NCBI GenBank assembly: GCA_951406725.2
Contig: OX597839.1
Location: 28,210,001-28,274,000 of the forward strand
Length of the DNA: 64,000 nt
Source: Octopus vulgaris
Lineage: Eukaryota
Direction: 5' to 3'
Shown here piece by piece: positions 24,492 through 38,300 of the stretch. The position numbers were made by a program, and so were the translations under genes. Below the pieces are notes generated by a model. That model was given only the letters and a program-made list of their open reading frames with translations, made no database searches and was not told the DNA's origin. Position 1 is the first letter of the stretch, and the number at the start of each line of letters is the position of its first letter.

Positions 24492-24780
24492 AGTGGTTAG
24501 GACAGCGGACTCGCGGTCGCAGGATCGCGGTTTCGATTCCCAGACCGGGCGTTGTGAGCGTTTATTGAGCGAAAACACCTAAAGCTCCACGAGGCTCCGG
24601 CAGGGGGTGGTGATCCCTGCTGTACTCTTTCACCACTCTTTCTCCCACTCTTTCTTCTGTTGGCCTGCTCGCTTAGCCAGCGGGGTGGCGTCATTCGAAG
24701 GCTAAAACAATGCGAACGCATTGTGACCAGCGATGTGTAACAACACCTGATGGTCTGGTCGGTCACGTGATCACGTGATA
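24492..24780 (+). mobile_element. tRNA-derived SINE, head type 1 + tail X
   Basis: agtggttaggacagcggactcgcgg...ggtttcgattccc, body tttattgagcgaaaacacc, tail gccagcggggtggcgtcattcg...(cacgtgat)2. Confidence 0.85.
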
Positions 24781-24800
24781 TATATATATATATATATATA

Positions 24801-24995
24801 AAGTTAATCCAAACATGAAAACACAACAACGCGGGGACGTGGAACAAGCATAGTGTTATTATTGGACGCTCAGGAAAGGAAAGAAAGAAGGAGGATTTAA
24901 CGTTTCGAGCGGAGCTCTTCGTCAGAAACATAAGAAAAGGAAAGGTCCAAGGAAGGGAAGACGAAGGAAAAAAATCGCCAACGATACACACGCGG

Positions 24996-24998
<3 letters not shown>
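24801..24998 (-). mobile_element. Solo Penelope-type terminal repeat with an intact minimal hammerhead core (24896-24927), embedded in (TA)n
   Basis: Minus strand ttt-CTGACGA-AGAGC-tcc-GCTC-GAAAC-GTT-aaa. Same family as 131-960. Confidence 0.7.
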
Positions 24999-25036
<38 letters not shown>

Positions 25037-25532
25037 TTATAAACTAGGGCTAAAGAAAATGATTTCTATGCCAATATGCTGATAACAGACTTTTGAATCG
25101 TCAATTTCCACATATTATTTACTCGATACAGAAAACACGTAGAGCTGAAATTGAGGAAAGCCAGCCAACAGAATTTTTTTAAAAGTTCGTTTTCTTTAGA
25201 CCTTGTTTATAAGTTGTTTATAATTTTAACCTTAAAGGTATTTTAATATGCTGCCACATTTTCTGATGAAATTATTTTTCCGCAAAAAAAGCTTCATCCT
25301 ATAATAGTAGTATATATATATATATATAAGGGGATTTTTCGTTGTGCTTATTGTCCTGTATCTCTTTTTTTCTTTTTTGCTTGTCCTGTTCCTTGGTTTG
25401 TGTCTATGTTTTTCGTCTCTCTATGTGTTCGACGTCTTTTTGGTGTCCTGTACACATATATGCGTGTATATGTACATGTAGAGGTAGGTACGTACATATA
25501 TGTTTATATATATGCATATGTTCTATTTTATT

Positions 25533-25568
<36 letters not shown>

Positions 25569-25800
25569 TATACAGAGAGAGAAAACTAGTCCGTTAGAAA
25601 ATCTCTGTTCGAGACAGAAGCAGTACACGAAACCAAAAAGTATTGCTTATGGCCAGTTTAATGTGGCTGTCCCCTAAGAGACGATGATCCTGCCATTTAA
25701 CCCCTGGAAGACATCTCCTCCAGCTGGTTTATTCAAGGAGCTTCCCGCACCCGATGTTTATTGCAAACGAGAGATAACTCCAGCCACCCTGGCTTCAAGA

Positions 25801-25848
25801 CCACCAGACCACGTGGTTTCGATCTGTAGTGGATCTCCTCGGTGGTGG
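25801..25848 (-). ncRNA. Type-I hammerhead, palindromic stem III, one core substitution
   Basis: Minus strand ccacca-CCGAGGA-GATC-cactaca-GATC-GAAAC-CACGTG-GTC-tggtgg. Confidence 0.7.
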
Positions 25849-25928
25849 GTACTCGTTGCTAGGCAATGGCAGCAATTGACCTCGCTTCCAATATTTAGAA
25901 AACTGCGCGCGCGTGTGTGTGTGTATTA

Positions 25929-26102
25929 AAAGAAAAATGGACAACAAAGCCAAGGCAGGACGAATATCTCAGGTCATTTAGAAAGTAAGGTGATTCAAAA
26001 ATACTTTTATTTCTCCAATTTTGATTCACCTTACTCTGATTAAATACTGTAGATGACCTGAGATACTCGTCCTGTCTTAGTTTTGTTGTCCATTTTCCTT
26101 TA
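25929..26102. repeat. Imperfect foldback (~50-bp outer and 17-bp inner arms)
   Basis: aaaatggacaacaaa..caggacga.tatctcaggtcat / atgacctgagata.tcgtcctg..tttgttgtccatttt, plus agtaaggtgattcaaaa / ttttgattcaccttact. Confidence 0.8.
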
Positions 26103-26254
26103 GCTTATACATGCTGACTCAGAAGCCTACTACGGATCCCTAGCTCCAGCCAGGGCTGTGAATTTGAAACCTAACGGATGATCAATTATGGCATTTACGC
26201 AGCGTACCTATTCGTTTAGATCACCAGTGAACTAAACCCCTCACATTCTGTATA

Positions 26255-27827
26255 CCGTGTTACCCCGAAAATAAAACCTACTCTGAAAATAAACCCTACC
26301 ATGATTTCGCAGGATGTTTTTAATACAAGCCCTACCCCGAACATAAAACCCTAGTGAAAAATGCATCAGGTTGCTAGCAAGATCATGTGATGTGTGCAAA
26401 ATAAACCAATTACCGCAGCTTGGCTAAAGTCTGCGCTAAACGCGCATGCACGGAGTTGGCTACCTTGGCTTGACTCTGTTGTCCCCCAGGCAAGATGAGT
26501 GCAAAAAGAAAGAGTTATTCTGTGGAGTACAAGAAAGGAATTGTGGAAGAGTGAAATAAGAAACTTACGGTTGTTGGATCCCCGAATGGTTCGAAAATGG
26601 CGAACAGAGTACAATAATCTCAGCAGACAGGTGGATGAGGGGAGTGCAAAGAAGCGCAAGTGCGGATCAGGTCGACAACCGTTGTTTTCGGAGCTGGAAG
26701 ATATCACCTCAGGATGATGAGTTCTCTCTAAGAAGATCGACAACACTGTTCAAGCTGGAGGATGCTGGAGTGATTCAATATGCACTTGCATTCAAATCTT
26801 TCGTTGATGACATCGATTTCACTAAATACGATCTCTCCAATATAATTGCTATGGATGAGACTGCAGTATTTTCATGAGCCAAGGATCTAAAACGACAATT
26901 GAACAGACAAGGACCTCGTTAATCTACGTTGCCTTAATGGGATACGAAAGTGCAAGGGTTAATTGTATTTTATCAGTTTGTCTTGATGGAACAGAAGTCC
27001 CACCGCTTATCATCACAAAGGGCAAAAGAGAAAAACAGAACGAGTTACAGGCATTTATGCCCTTGAAACGGAAAAGGCTTGGGGCACACATGGGTTGATT
27101 TAACTATGCCACTTGTTTTACGTGGTTCTCAAAGAGGTCTTTTAGTCTGGGATTCGGCCAGTATTCGCTGCGCAAAAGATATGAAAACCTTCCTTTCTGA
27201 AAGAAGAATTGACCACATAATGATTCCCGCGGGGACGACTTCATATCCACAAACATTAGATCTTGTAATAAACGAGCCCTTCAAGGATTATTTGCGGATG
27301 GAAGTGAATGAATATATCGAACGTAGAATGGAGAGAAATCAGCATGGAGACTTTGTCAAACCCAACCTCCAAGAAGTCGTGAATTGGGTGATGAATTCAT
27401 GGAATAAAATTACCGACAGTTGCGAGGCCAATGCACTACGAGCAGGGTAATTGGAGAAAAAGTGTTCATTCAAGGAAAGTTATATTGTCAGACATGAGAG
27501 TTTAGGGTCCATGATTCTACAGGAAATAGATTTGCAAGAAATTCAGTCTGAAGTTCGGGGTTTGATGATTTATGGCGATGTTCCAGAAGAGGACGAAATG
27601 TTTGTACTTGACTAAAGATAATAAGCAAATAAATAAACTTTTGATAACTAAAGACATAAGTTTCCTTTTTTTACAATTTTTTTCCCTTTTACTTGAGGAC
27701 AAAAGTTTTTGTTGTCTTTCTTGGATGTTTTCCGCAAAAATATAAGACACCGCGCGAAAATAAGCCCTAGTGAGTTTTCGGGATGCAAAATTAATATAAG
27801 ACAAGGTCTTATTTTCGGGGAAACACG

Positions 27828-27828
<1 letters not shown>
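26255..27828 (+). mobile_element. pogo-superfamily (Passer-like, DD35D) transposon with both TIRs and a pseudogenised transposase (about 26495-27612)
   Basis: TIRs ccgtgttaccccgaaaataaaacct / aggtcttattttcggggaaacacga, with TA/TG flanks. ATG at 26495 gives MSAKRKSYSVEYKKGIVEE (Brinker-like DNA-binding domain). Motifs IIAMDETAV, LVWDSAS and QTLDLVINEPFK, with 35 residues between the 2nd and 3rd D. Frameshifts and stops present. Confidence 0.88.
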
Positions 27829-27859
<31 letters not shown>

Positions 27860-27917
27860 TGCAAGCAGGAAAAATAGAACTCAAAACATGACTACATACA
27901 TACATACATATATACAT

Positions 27918-27950
<33 letters not shown>

Positions 27951-28056
27951 CGAGGCAACAGAGTGACTCAAGGGCCGAGTGTTTCGTATATTAGTTTGAT
28001 AAATGCTAATGCACGAAACCCTCGATCTTGATCCATTCTTGCTTCTGCTATTAATA

Positions 28057-28099
<43 letters not shown>

Positions 28100-28277
28100 G
28101 ATGTCTGTGAACTTCGTTTCAAGCGTTATGACAACGACGGAAGTGCATCAGAAGGGAACAAAAGCCAACAGATTTTATAACATGTTGCATTGTTGCTTTG
28201 TTTCTGAACAATGTTTTCAAAAACAGAATGAGTCCCCTTTCACCCATTCCCTTCTCTTGTGTCCCCTCCCAGCTTCC

Positions 28278-28313
<36 letters not shown>

Positions 28314-28874
28314 CCTTTTCATTCTCTTCAACCATTCTTCTCGGCTTCTTCTTTCTAAATCTCCCTCTTTCCCTCTACCCTTCGCCCTTTCTCTCTCTCT
28401 CTCCACCCATTATACTTTCGATCTCTCTCCCTAATCTCTCTCTCCCTCTCTCCTTCATCTCCATATATTTCCTGCGCCATCAACGCCGCCACCACCACCT
28501 CCAGCCTTCCCTGTCACAAATCCTATCATCCATGTTTAAGAGATCGAAGCCCCATCAGAGGAAGCTATGCTCTAATAAGGAACACGCATGCGCAAATGAA
28601 CATAAATAACCTTGCATATAAAAGGCACATCTAGGCTTTTTTTTTATCAGCGTATAACTTTGTATAGATACACACACATATGTATATATATGCATATATT
28701 TATGCATGCTTTTAAATATGTATGTGTGTGTGTGCGTGTGTGTGTATGTGTGTGTGTGTGTGCGCGTGTGTGTGTAGATATATGTATGCGTGTGAATTTT
28801 ATATACGAATTTATGCGTATGGTGTAGGTATATATACGTAGGTATATGTATGTATACACGTACTTGTATGTACG

Positions 28875-28906
<32 letters not shown>

Positions 28907-29106
28907 TATATATGCGCGTTTAAATCTAAAATTATATATTTATGTATGTCGTGTATGCCTGTACATTATTTGTGTGCATGTATGTACATATAGGCGGATA
29001 GTGTGTACATGTGCACGCACACACACACACATATATACACACACACACACACACACATATATATACACACACACATATATATACACACACACACACACAT
29101 ATATAT

Positions 29107-29147
<41 letters not shown>

Positions 29148-29655
29148 CACACACACACATATTATTCATATGAGCTTATGAGAATATATATGTATGTCAG
29201 TGTATTTGTATACATGTTGGCGCGTATATATATATATATATACAGAGAGAGAGAGAGATGTATGCATATGTAATATTTATGTGCAAGTATGTATATATGG
29301 GTGGATTGTATGTTTGTGTGTGGGGCGTGGGGACCGAGTGTACGAACGAACGGCTGATAACCATCGTCGCTATGTCCGATAAGCCTTTCTGTACTGGTGT
29401 GAATAATTTCGTTAGCGATATCACTTCTGTGACACTTCTCTTCTCCTCCTGGAAACAGGGGGGGGGGGGAGCGAGGACTTCTTCCACCATAAACACAACT
29501 CGCGAGGATTAATTCAACATTTGTTGATGGTGGGAGAGGCTCAACACAACCTCACACGTTATGCATATATAAGCATATATATAGTGTGTATATATATGTG
29601 CATATATATATATATATATATATATGCATATATATTTACATATATATATAGTGTG

Positions 29656-29703
<48 letters not shown>

Positions 29704-29729
29704 TGTATACTATATATATATATAGTGTG

Positions 29730-29767
<38 letters not shown>

Positions 29768-30135
29768 GTATATTTTATACATATATATATATATATATGT
29801 GTGTGTGTATATTTTATATTCATATATATATATATATATAATATACATGTGCAGATACACACGTTCATTAGATACACACACACACACACACAAACACACG
29901 CATAGATATGTATTCTGATAAATTCTCATGTCTGTGTGTGTACACATACACTCATGCACAGATATGTATTCTGATATAGATGCGTATATAAATTCTGAAA
30001 TATGTGTGTGCATATACATATATATATATATATACACACACACATATACATACATAGATATTCTTGTATAGATGTAGATAAATTCTTACACACACTTACA
30101 TATGTTGTTATATATACAAGCGCATGCATATGTAT

Positions 30136-30166
<31 letters not shown>

Positions 30167-30664
30167 TTGTCAAATGTGAGTGTGCGCACGCTCTCTCACA
30201 CACACACATACATAGAAACTTTGCACGTTGAGAGGAACCTACCTAAACACACCACAATCACATATACACACGAACGTAAATACACATGCACACACACAAA
30301 CATACACGCCCAACATACCTACATACACACACACACACACATATATATCTTTGCATAGAGTCACCTCTCTCTCTCTCTCTCATTGTCCTCTCACTCGCGA
30401 TCATACATGTCTCTCCCTCCCTCCCTTTCTTCCACTCACTCTCTCTCTCTCTCTCCCCCCTCCCGCTGAATGCATTTACATATGCATCTTTGTACTTACC
30501 AGAGACGGGGAGGAGGACACAAGGTGGAGTAAGAGATGGAGAGAGAGATGGAGAGAGAGAGGGGGGGAACGCGAGCGTGCGCGTGTTTGCGTATGTTTAG
30601 AGATAAAAGCCGCGAACGCGAGTTTGTGTTTGTTTTCAGATGAGATTGTTTGTGTGCGTGTGTA

Positions 30665-30702
<38 letters not shown>

Positions 30703-30713
30703 CGTGTGTGTGT

Positions 30714-30841
<128 letters not shown>

Positions 30842-32161
30842 TATGCGTGTGTGTGCGTGTGTGTGTGACTGATTTGTTTAGTAGTCAACCTCCTAACAAT
30901 TAAACACAGCAAAAAGGCTTATTGCAAAGGTGTGCGGTGGTATGGTGGTGGTGGTGGTGGTTGGGGGGGGCTGTATGGTGGTGGTGGTGGTGGTGGTTAG
31001 GGGGGGGGCTGTATGGTGGTGGTGGTGGTGGTGGTGGTGGTATCGGCGGTGATGTGTAATGGCGGTGGTGGTATGGTGACGGCGGTGCTAGTGTTCTTGT
31101 TGAAGGTGTTGGTAGTAATGATGATGATGGTGGTGGTGATGATATGTGATGGCGGCGTTTGAGTTGTTGCTGCTGGTAGTGGTGGTAGCGAAAGTGGTGG
31201 TGATGGTAGTAGTAGTAGTGTTATATGACGGCGGTATTGTTGGTACCGATGGAGGTGGTGGTGACGATGGTGGAAGTGATGGTGGCGGTGTTGTTATTTT
31301 CGTTGTTATTGGTGGTGGTGGTGGTGGTATGGTAGTGGTGAGGTGGTGGTGGTGGTATGGTAGTGGTGTGGTGGTGGTGGTGAGTAAGGTGGTGGGTGGT
31401 GGTGGTGGTGAGTAAGGTGGTGGTGGTGGTGTGGTGGTGGTGGTGAGTAAGGTGGCGGTGATGGCGTTGGGGAAGCAGAGTAAAAGGTGGGGGTTAGGGG
31501 TGAGTGGTGGAGAGGGGGGCGTGGCCTACGCGTATTTGACATGCACAACTATGCATTACTAAGCCTCGCATTGTGTGGTGCTAACGTCGGTTTGCATGCT
31601 GTGCAATGTCTGCGTTTCCCTTAGCAACCGGTGGAAGAGTAAGAAGACGTTCGCAACACTTCCGAAGGGAACGCTGGATGGAGAGGGTCATGAACTTGGA
31701 GCGCGAGTGTGTGTGCGTGTGTGTGTGCAACTGTGTATACATTCGTGTATGTGCGTGAGGGGGATGTACACACACACACACCCATATGTATGTATGTATG
31801 TATGTGTATGTGTATGTATGTATGTATGTATGTATGTATGTATGTATGTATGTACCTGTTCGTATATGTATGCACCGAGGTATGCATATATGTCTGTCCT
31901 CAAGTATGTACACACACACACATATATATATATATGTACGTGTGTATATATATGTATATATATATATATATATACATATGTATATATACATATATATATA
32001 TACATATGTATATATACATACATATGTATATTTACATATATATACATATGTATATATATACATATATATATATATACATATATATATACATACATACATA
32101 CATATATATACATACATACATACACATACATACATACATACATATATATACATAGATATAC

Positions 32162-32206
<45 letters not shown>

Positions 32207-32872
32207 CACACACTTTATTCAAAAGCAGCGGAAATATAACAAAAGCTGTTACTCAGAGTTTCACGTTTCCGTTTGTCGGACATCTTTGCAGATGTATGCG
32301 TGTATGTATGTATATGTGTGTATGTATTTACATATCTGTTGCGTGTGTGAGTGTATTATATATGTGCGGGGGGGGGGGTGCAGTTATGTATTTGTTTGTG
32401 TATATGCATGTACGCGTATGGATTTATGTATCTGCGTGTGTATGTATCTGCGTGTGTATGTAGTTGTGTGCGCACGCGCGTACGCGAAATTCACGTGCCG
32501 GGATATTTATGTTCAAAAGTTCATGTAATCGATTTTGTGTATATACGTATGAACATGTATACATACCTAAAGACATTCAAATAAATGTGCACACACATAT
32601 ACATACATACACACACATTTTAATAAACACACACATATATATATATATACACATACACACATCTAAGTAGATATACACATATACTTACATTTAAATCCAC
32701 ATATATATACACACACATACATTTGAATAAACATATATATATATACACACACACAAACACATATACACACATATACGCGCGCCAACACACACACATATAT
32801 ATATATATACACACACATACATTTGAATAAACATCTATATATATATATAAACACATATACACATATATACGT

Positions 32873-32919
<47 letters not shown>

Positions 32920-33241
32920 TACGCATATACATATATAGTCATACACATATACACATATATAGAAAGAGACATCTATTCCTTGCTCTCTACTCTTCTCCCT
33001 CATCTTTTTATACCTCTCTCTCCCGGTCTCTCCCTCTCTTCCGGTCTCTCTCTCTCTCTCCTTTTGCACTCTTTATCCGTCCTTCTATCTATCTATCTAT
33101 CTATCTATCGGAATTCTCTCCTAATTCCTTTCTATCCATTTATCCCCCATCCTCCCCACCCAGCAATCATTCTCCGTACCAAATAAACTCTTTCTTCCAC
33201 TCAGATTGGTCCGAGCTAAAAGAAAAAGAAACCACGCACAC

Positions 33242-33288
<47 letters not shown>

Positions 33289-34192
33289 GACCGATTCAAT
33301 CTGCTTATAGAAATCCTGGCAAAGTCGTTTTCGCAATTGACTGAATCTTCTTCATTTAAATCTGACAAGATTTCATCGATGGTAAAGACTTGCGTGATCG
33401 CACTGACACACAGCCCAGATTTCACCGGATCACATGCTTCCTTCCCTTCCTTTCTTTCTTTCTTTCTTTCTCTATCTCTTCGTCCCGGTCTCTCTGTCTT
33501 TCTTTCTCTCTCTCTCTCTCTCTCTGCACCTCTCTAACACTGCTTCTCTTTTTCCGTCTATCTCTCCATATCTCACTGGCTCTCTCTCTCTCCTTCTCAA
33601 TCAGTCTTTTAATCACCCTCTCCTTCTCTCTGAATGACTCTCTCTTTCTTTTCTCATCTCTCTCTCTCTCTCTCTCTCTCTTCCTCTCTACCTGTATCTC
33701 TTCCGCTTTCTTTCATCTCTCTCTCTCTCTCAACGTAAAGACGGACGAAATAACGCTAAGAGTTTAGTTCGGCGTGCCAACGATTCTGCCAGCTCACTGC
33801 CTCCATAATAATAATAATAATAATATTTTCTAGCAAAGGCACAAGGCCTGAAATTTGGGGGGAGGGGATAAGTCGATTACATCGACCGCAGAGTTCAACT
33901 GGTACTTATTTTATCTAAAAGAATGCAAAAAATGGGACAAGAACGCAACAGGCGACAACAAAACATCCAGACAGTTGGATGATACAAAAAGAGACAAGAA
34001 AGAACAAGGACGAGTCATTCAGAGTTTTCTTTCCTCAGTCGACTTCCAGATTATCATTACAGTTTATACATATACATACATACATACATACATACACACA
34101 CACATACATACATACATACACACATGCATGCATGCATACATACAGAGAGATAGATAGATAGAAATAAATAAATAGATAGATATACAGGTGGG

Positions 34193-34229
<37 letters not shown>

Positions 34230-34236
34230 CAGACAT

Positions 34237-34307
<71 letters not shown>

Positions 34308-34724
34308 TATAATGGCGGGTTGGAGTATTTTGATAAAGAAATATTTATCTCAGTCTACAAGAGAGAGCAATACCGACGGTGCAATGCGAACTCGCGACTT
34401 TCTGCCCACTACTCTAATTCCTTCCCACTTCTGAAATCACATTAACGCGTGATTGTATTTGTTGGTCGATTTCTTTTGATACACAAAGTAATTAGTACGA
34501 GGCATCGATTGATTGATTGTTTCATCGATTGATGCATTGTGTATGTATATATATGTATGTGCATGCGTACTTTATATTTTCCAGTGTGTATGTGCGAGCG
34601 TTTTCGCAAACACACACACGAACACACGTATCTTGTGTGTCAGTGTGTATGTATTTGCATGTGTACGTGTATGTGTGGTTGTTTATGCACCTTAACAGTA
34701 TGCTTGTACTATAGTGTGTATATG

Positions 34725-35108
34725 AAGGCGGCGAGCTGGCAGAATCGTTAGCACGCCGGGCGTAATGCGTAGCCGTATTTCGTCTGCCGTTACGTTCTGA
34801 GTTCAAATTCCGCCGAGGTCGACTTTGCCTTTCATCCTTTCGGGGTCGATTAAATAAGTACCAGTGAAACACTGGGATCGATATAATCGACTTAATCCGT
34901 TTGTCTGTCCTTGTTTGTCCCCTCTGTGTTTAGCCCCTTGTGGGTAGTAAAGAAATAGGTATTTCGTCTGTCAATTCCACCGAGGTTGACTTTGCCTTTC
35001 ATCCTTTCGAGGTCGATAAATTAAGTACCAGTCGCGTACTGGGGTCGATCTAATCGACAAGCCTCCTCCCCCAAAATTTTCCTGTTTTGTACCTAGAGTA
35101 GAAAAGAA
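34725..35108 (+). mobile_element. SINE A (head-body-tail Y) followed by an older body with tail Z
   Basis: aaggcggcgagctgg...gtaaagaaataggtatttcgtc, then a second body ending tgtacctagagtagaaaagaat. Confidence 0.85.
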
Positions 35109-35149
35109 TATAGTGCGTATATGATGCAAGGTGTATATGCAAAAACACA

Positions 35150-35530
35150 AATACATGAGCAAATTACAGCTATTCTATCCTGTAATTATTGGGGCCTTGA
35201 GATATCTAACATACTGCCTAAATACCAATATCGAGAAATTAGGCTTCTCAAAACCAGAAAGGAGAACGCTGATTCGAAGACAACAGATCCAATCCATCAC
35301 TGGAACTGTAAAAATCTGTAAAACTTTCCAGAAGTTTATCCTTTAAACATATATGAGCATGTCTAGATAAGCACCTATACACATAATAATATATAAAACA
35401 AAACATACAAATCTCCATACAAACAAAAATAAGGTTAAGATAGTTGAAATTCCAAAGAAGGAGACTTAGATGTAGGCTAGAAACCGGCTCTTTCTTTATT
35501 GGTAAGAAATCCTGAAATAAAACTAAATAA
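35150..35530 (+). mobile_element. 3' end of an RLE-type (R4/Dong-like) non-LTR retrotransposon
   Basis: PVIIGALRYLTYCLNTNIEKLGF..LIRRQQIQSITGTVKICKTFQKF* resembles the PVVIGALG..LQK..LLGT C-terminus of R4/Dong ORFs. A 3' UTR follows. Confidence 0.65.
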
Positions 35531-35532
35531 CG

Positions 35533-35699
35533 GCAGGAGTGGCTGTGTGGTAAGTAGCTTGCTAACCTACCTCATGGTTCCGGGTTCAGTCTCACTGCGT
35601 GGCATCTTGGGCAAGTGTTTCTGCTATAGCCCCGGGCTGACCAATGCCTTGTGAGTGGATTTGGTAGACGGAAACTGAAAGAAGCCTGTCGTATATATG

Positions 35700-35732
<33 letters not shown>

Positions 35733-35946
35733 TTGTGTGTCTGTGTTTGTTCCCCTAGCATTGCTTGACAACCGATGCTGGTGTGTTTACGTCCCCGTTA
35801 CTTAGCGGTTCGGCAAAAAGAGACCGATAGAATAAGTACTGGGCTTACAAAAAGAATAAGTCCTGGGGTCGAGTTGCTCGATTAAAGGTGGTGCTCCAGC
35901 ATGGCCGCAGTCAAATGACTGAAACAAGTAAAAGAGTAAAAGAGTA
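35533..35946 (+). mobile_element. Full-length SINE B
   Basis: Head gcaggagtggctgtgtgg to tail aagagtaaaagagta. Confidence 0.9.
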
Positions 35947-35952
35947 TTATAT

Positions 35953-36094
35953 AAAGTGGTTTGATTCGGCTTCGCGCAACTTAAAGTTTCGCAGGCTCGT
36001 TACAAGCTCGTCGGGATCAGGATACCCAACGAGCTAGATTCCTGTGACGAGCCTACGAAATTTTAAGTTGCATGGGGCCGAATTAAACTGTTTT
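35953..36094 (+). other. 142-bp foldback hairpin rich in G-U pairs
   Basis: 52-bp outer arms plus an 11-bp inner stem. All 12 non-Watson-Crick positions are transitions, and 9 are G-U on the + strand. Confidence 0.8.
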
Positions 36095-36306
36095 TGATGA
36101 TAATGATGATAATGATGATGGACCCTCCCGTCGAAGATGACGTATGAGCGATCAATTTTTGCCAAACGAACTTCAAAATTAATTTGTTTATAGTGATCAA
36201 GTGCCGTACATTAGCCTTTTCTCTCTCTCTCCATCAAATTGATGTTACCTGAACGAATGTACGGTATATCATCTGTCAAGATCTAGGAATTGAAACCACG
36301 ATTTCG

Positions 36307-36347
<41 letters not shown>

Positions 36348-36350
<3 letters not shown>

Positions 36351-36706
36351 TTTTGTTTCAGTCATTTGAAAGCGGCCATGCTGGAGCACCACCTCTAGAC
36401 AAGCAAATTGACCCCAGGACTTATTCTTTGTAAGCCTAGTACTTGTACTATCGGTTGCATTTGCCGAACCGCTAAGTTACGGGGACGTAAACACACCAAC
36501 ATCGGTTGACAAGCGATGGTGGGGGGACAATCACATGCACACACACACAAACACACTATATATATATATATACGACAGGCTTCTTTCAGTTTCTGTATAC
36601 CAAATCCACCCACAAGGGTTTGGTCGGCCCGAAGCTATAACAGAAAACACCTGCCCAAGGTGTCACGCGCTGGGACCGAACCCGGAACCATTTGGTTGGG
36701 GAGCAG
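36348..36706 (-). mobile_element. SINE B
   Basis: Reverse complement of the SINE B body. Confidence 0.85.
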
Positions 36707-37483
36707 ATGATGGTAAAAAGTTTAATCACTTCTGCTGCGCCTTACTCTTAACCATCGCGTTTTAATTGGAAATTAATGGATGTCTGTGAGAGAGTGGTGG
36801 AAGGAGGTAGACGTAATGCGGTGGGTGGAGGTGGGGATGGTTGGCGGGTAGTTTGGAATCGGGGGCAAGTTACGGAGTGGACGGGGGTGGTATATTGGAA
36901 TGGGAGCAGATATTGAGGGGGGGCGGCGTGTGGCGGATGGGTATAAAATAGGATGGATGGATGGATAGATGGATGGATGGATGGGTGTGGGTAGGTAAGG
37001 GTAGGAGAGAACTTTGGAATGGGGGCAGGTATCGGGGGGGGTGAATGTGGGTGTCACAAGGTAAGAAGATGGGTGGAAGTGAGAAGGAGGTGGGTGTGTG
37101 GGGGGAGAAATCAAATTCCCCCGTTTTTACTCAGACATGACTAAGTCATCTCCTGAGATGAACCTCCTGTCTTCCTAACACACACACACACACACACGTC
37201 CTCTCTCTCTCTCCTATCCTCTCTCTCTCTCTCTCTCTACCTTCATCCTTTTCCATCTCTCCTTCCCGTACCTCCCTCCCCTATTTCTCTCTCTCTCTCC
37301 TTAACTTCGGCCTATTCCCTCTCCATCACTTATCTCTCCCCCTCTCTCTCTCTCTTCTATCTCTCTACATCCATGTCTCTCTGCATCTCTCTTTCACGTA
37401 TCTACCTCTCTCTCCCACCCTCCCTCTATTTAACTTCAGCCAGTTTTTTCCTCCTTCACATGTCTCTATCTATCCACATCCTT

Positions 37484-37521
<38 letters not shown>

Positions 37522-37925
37522 CCTGCCTCTTTTTCTTTCTCTCTCTCTCTCTCACTACTTCTCCTCCTCCATCCCTCAATACCCCTTCTCTCCCCCCTCC
37601 ATTCTCTCCACACACTGCCTTTTGTGTATTGTCGGCGGCACACACAGAGGAATGTTATCTGATGTGTTGATAGTAAGGTATGGGCGGTAGTAGTAGTAGT
37701 AGTAGTAATGGTGGTGGTGGTGGTGATGGTGGTGGTGGTGATGGTTGGTAGATAGTAATGCGGTGATAGTGATGGTGATGATGATTGTGGTGATGGTACC
37801 AGTGTCGGTGTTGGTGGTGGTGATGTATGAGGTGGTAGTATAGTAGAGATGGTGGTACAGGTAAGGATTACAGCCAATGGTGGGTGTGGCGAGCGCGCGC
37901 GCGACGACGTGTGTCTGTGTGTATA

Positions 37926-38246
37926 GGCGCAGGAATGGCTGTGTGGTAAGAGTGTTTGCTTCCCAACCACTTGGCTCTGGGTTCAGTCCCACTGTGTGAC
38001 ACCTTGGGCAATTTTCTTCTATTGTAGCCTCGGATCGACCAAAAACTTGTGAGTGGATTTGGTAGACGGAAACTGAAAAAAGCTCATCCTTGTGTGTGTG
38101 TGTGTGTGTATGTGTTTATACACCGCTTGATAACCGGTGTTGGTGTGTTTACATCCACGTAACTTAGCGTTTCCACTAAAGAGAATAAGAACCAAACTTT
38201 GAAAAATACATGGCCGCAGTCTAATGACTGAAAGAAGTAAAAAGAC

Positions 38247-38300
<54 letters not shown>

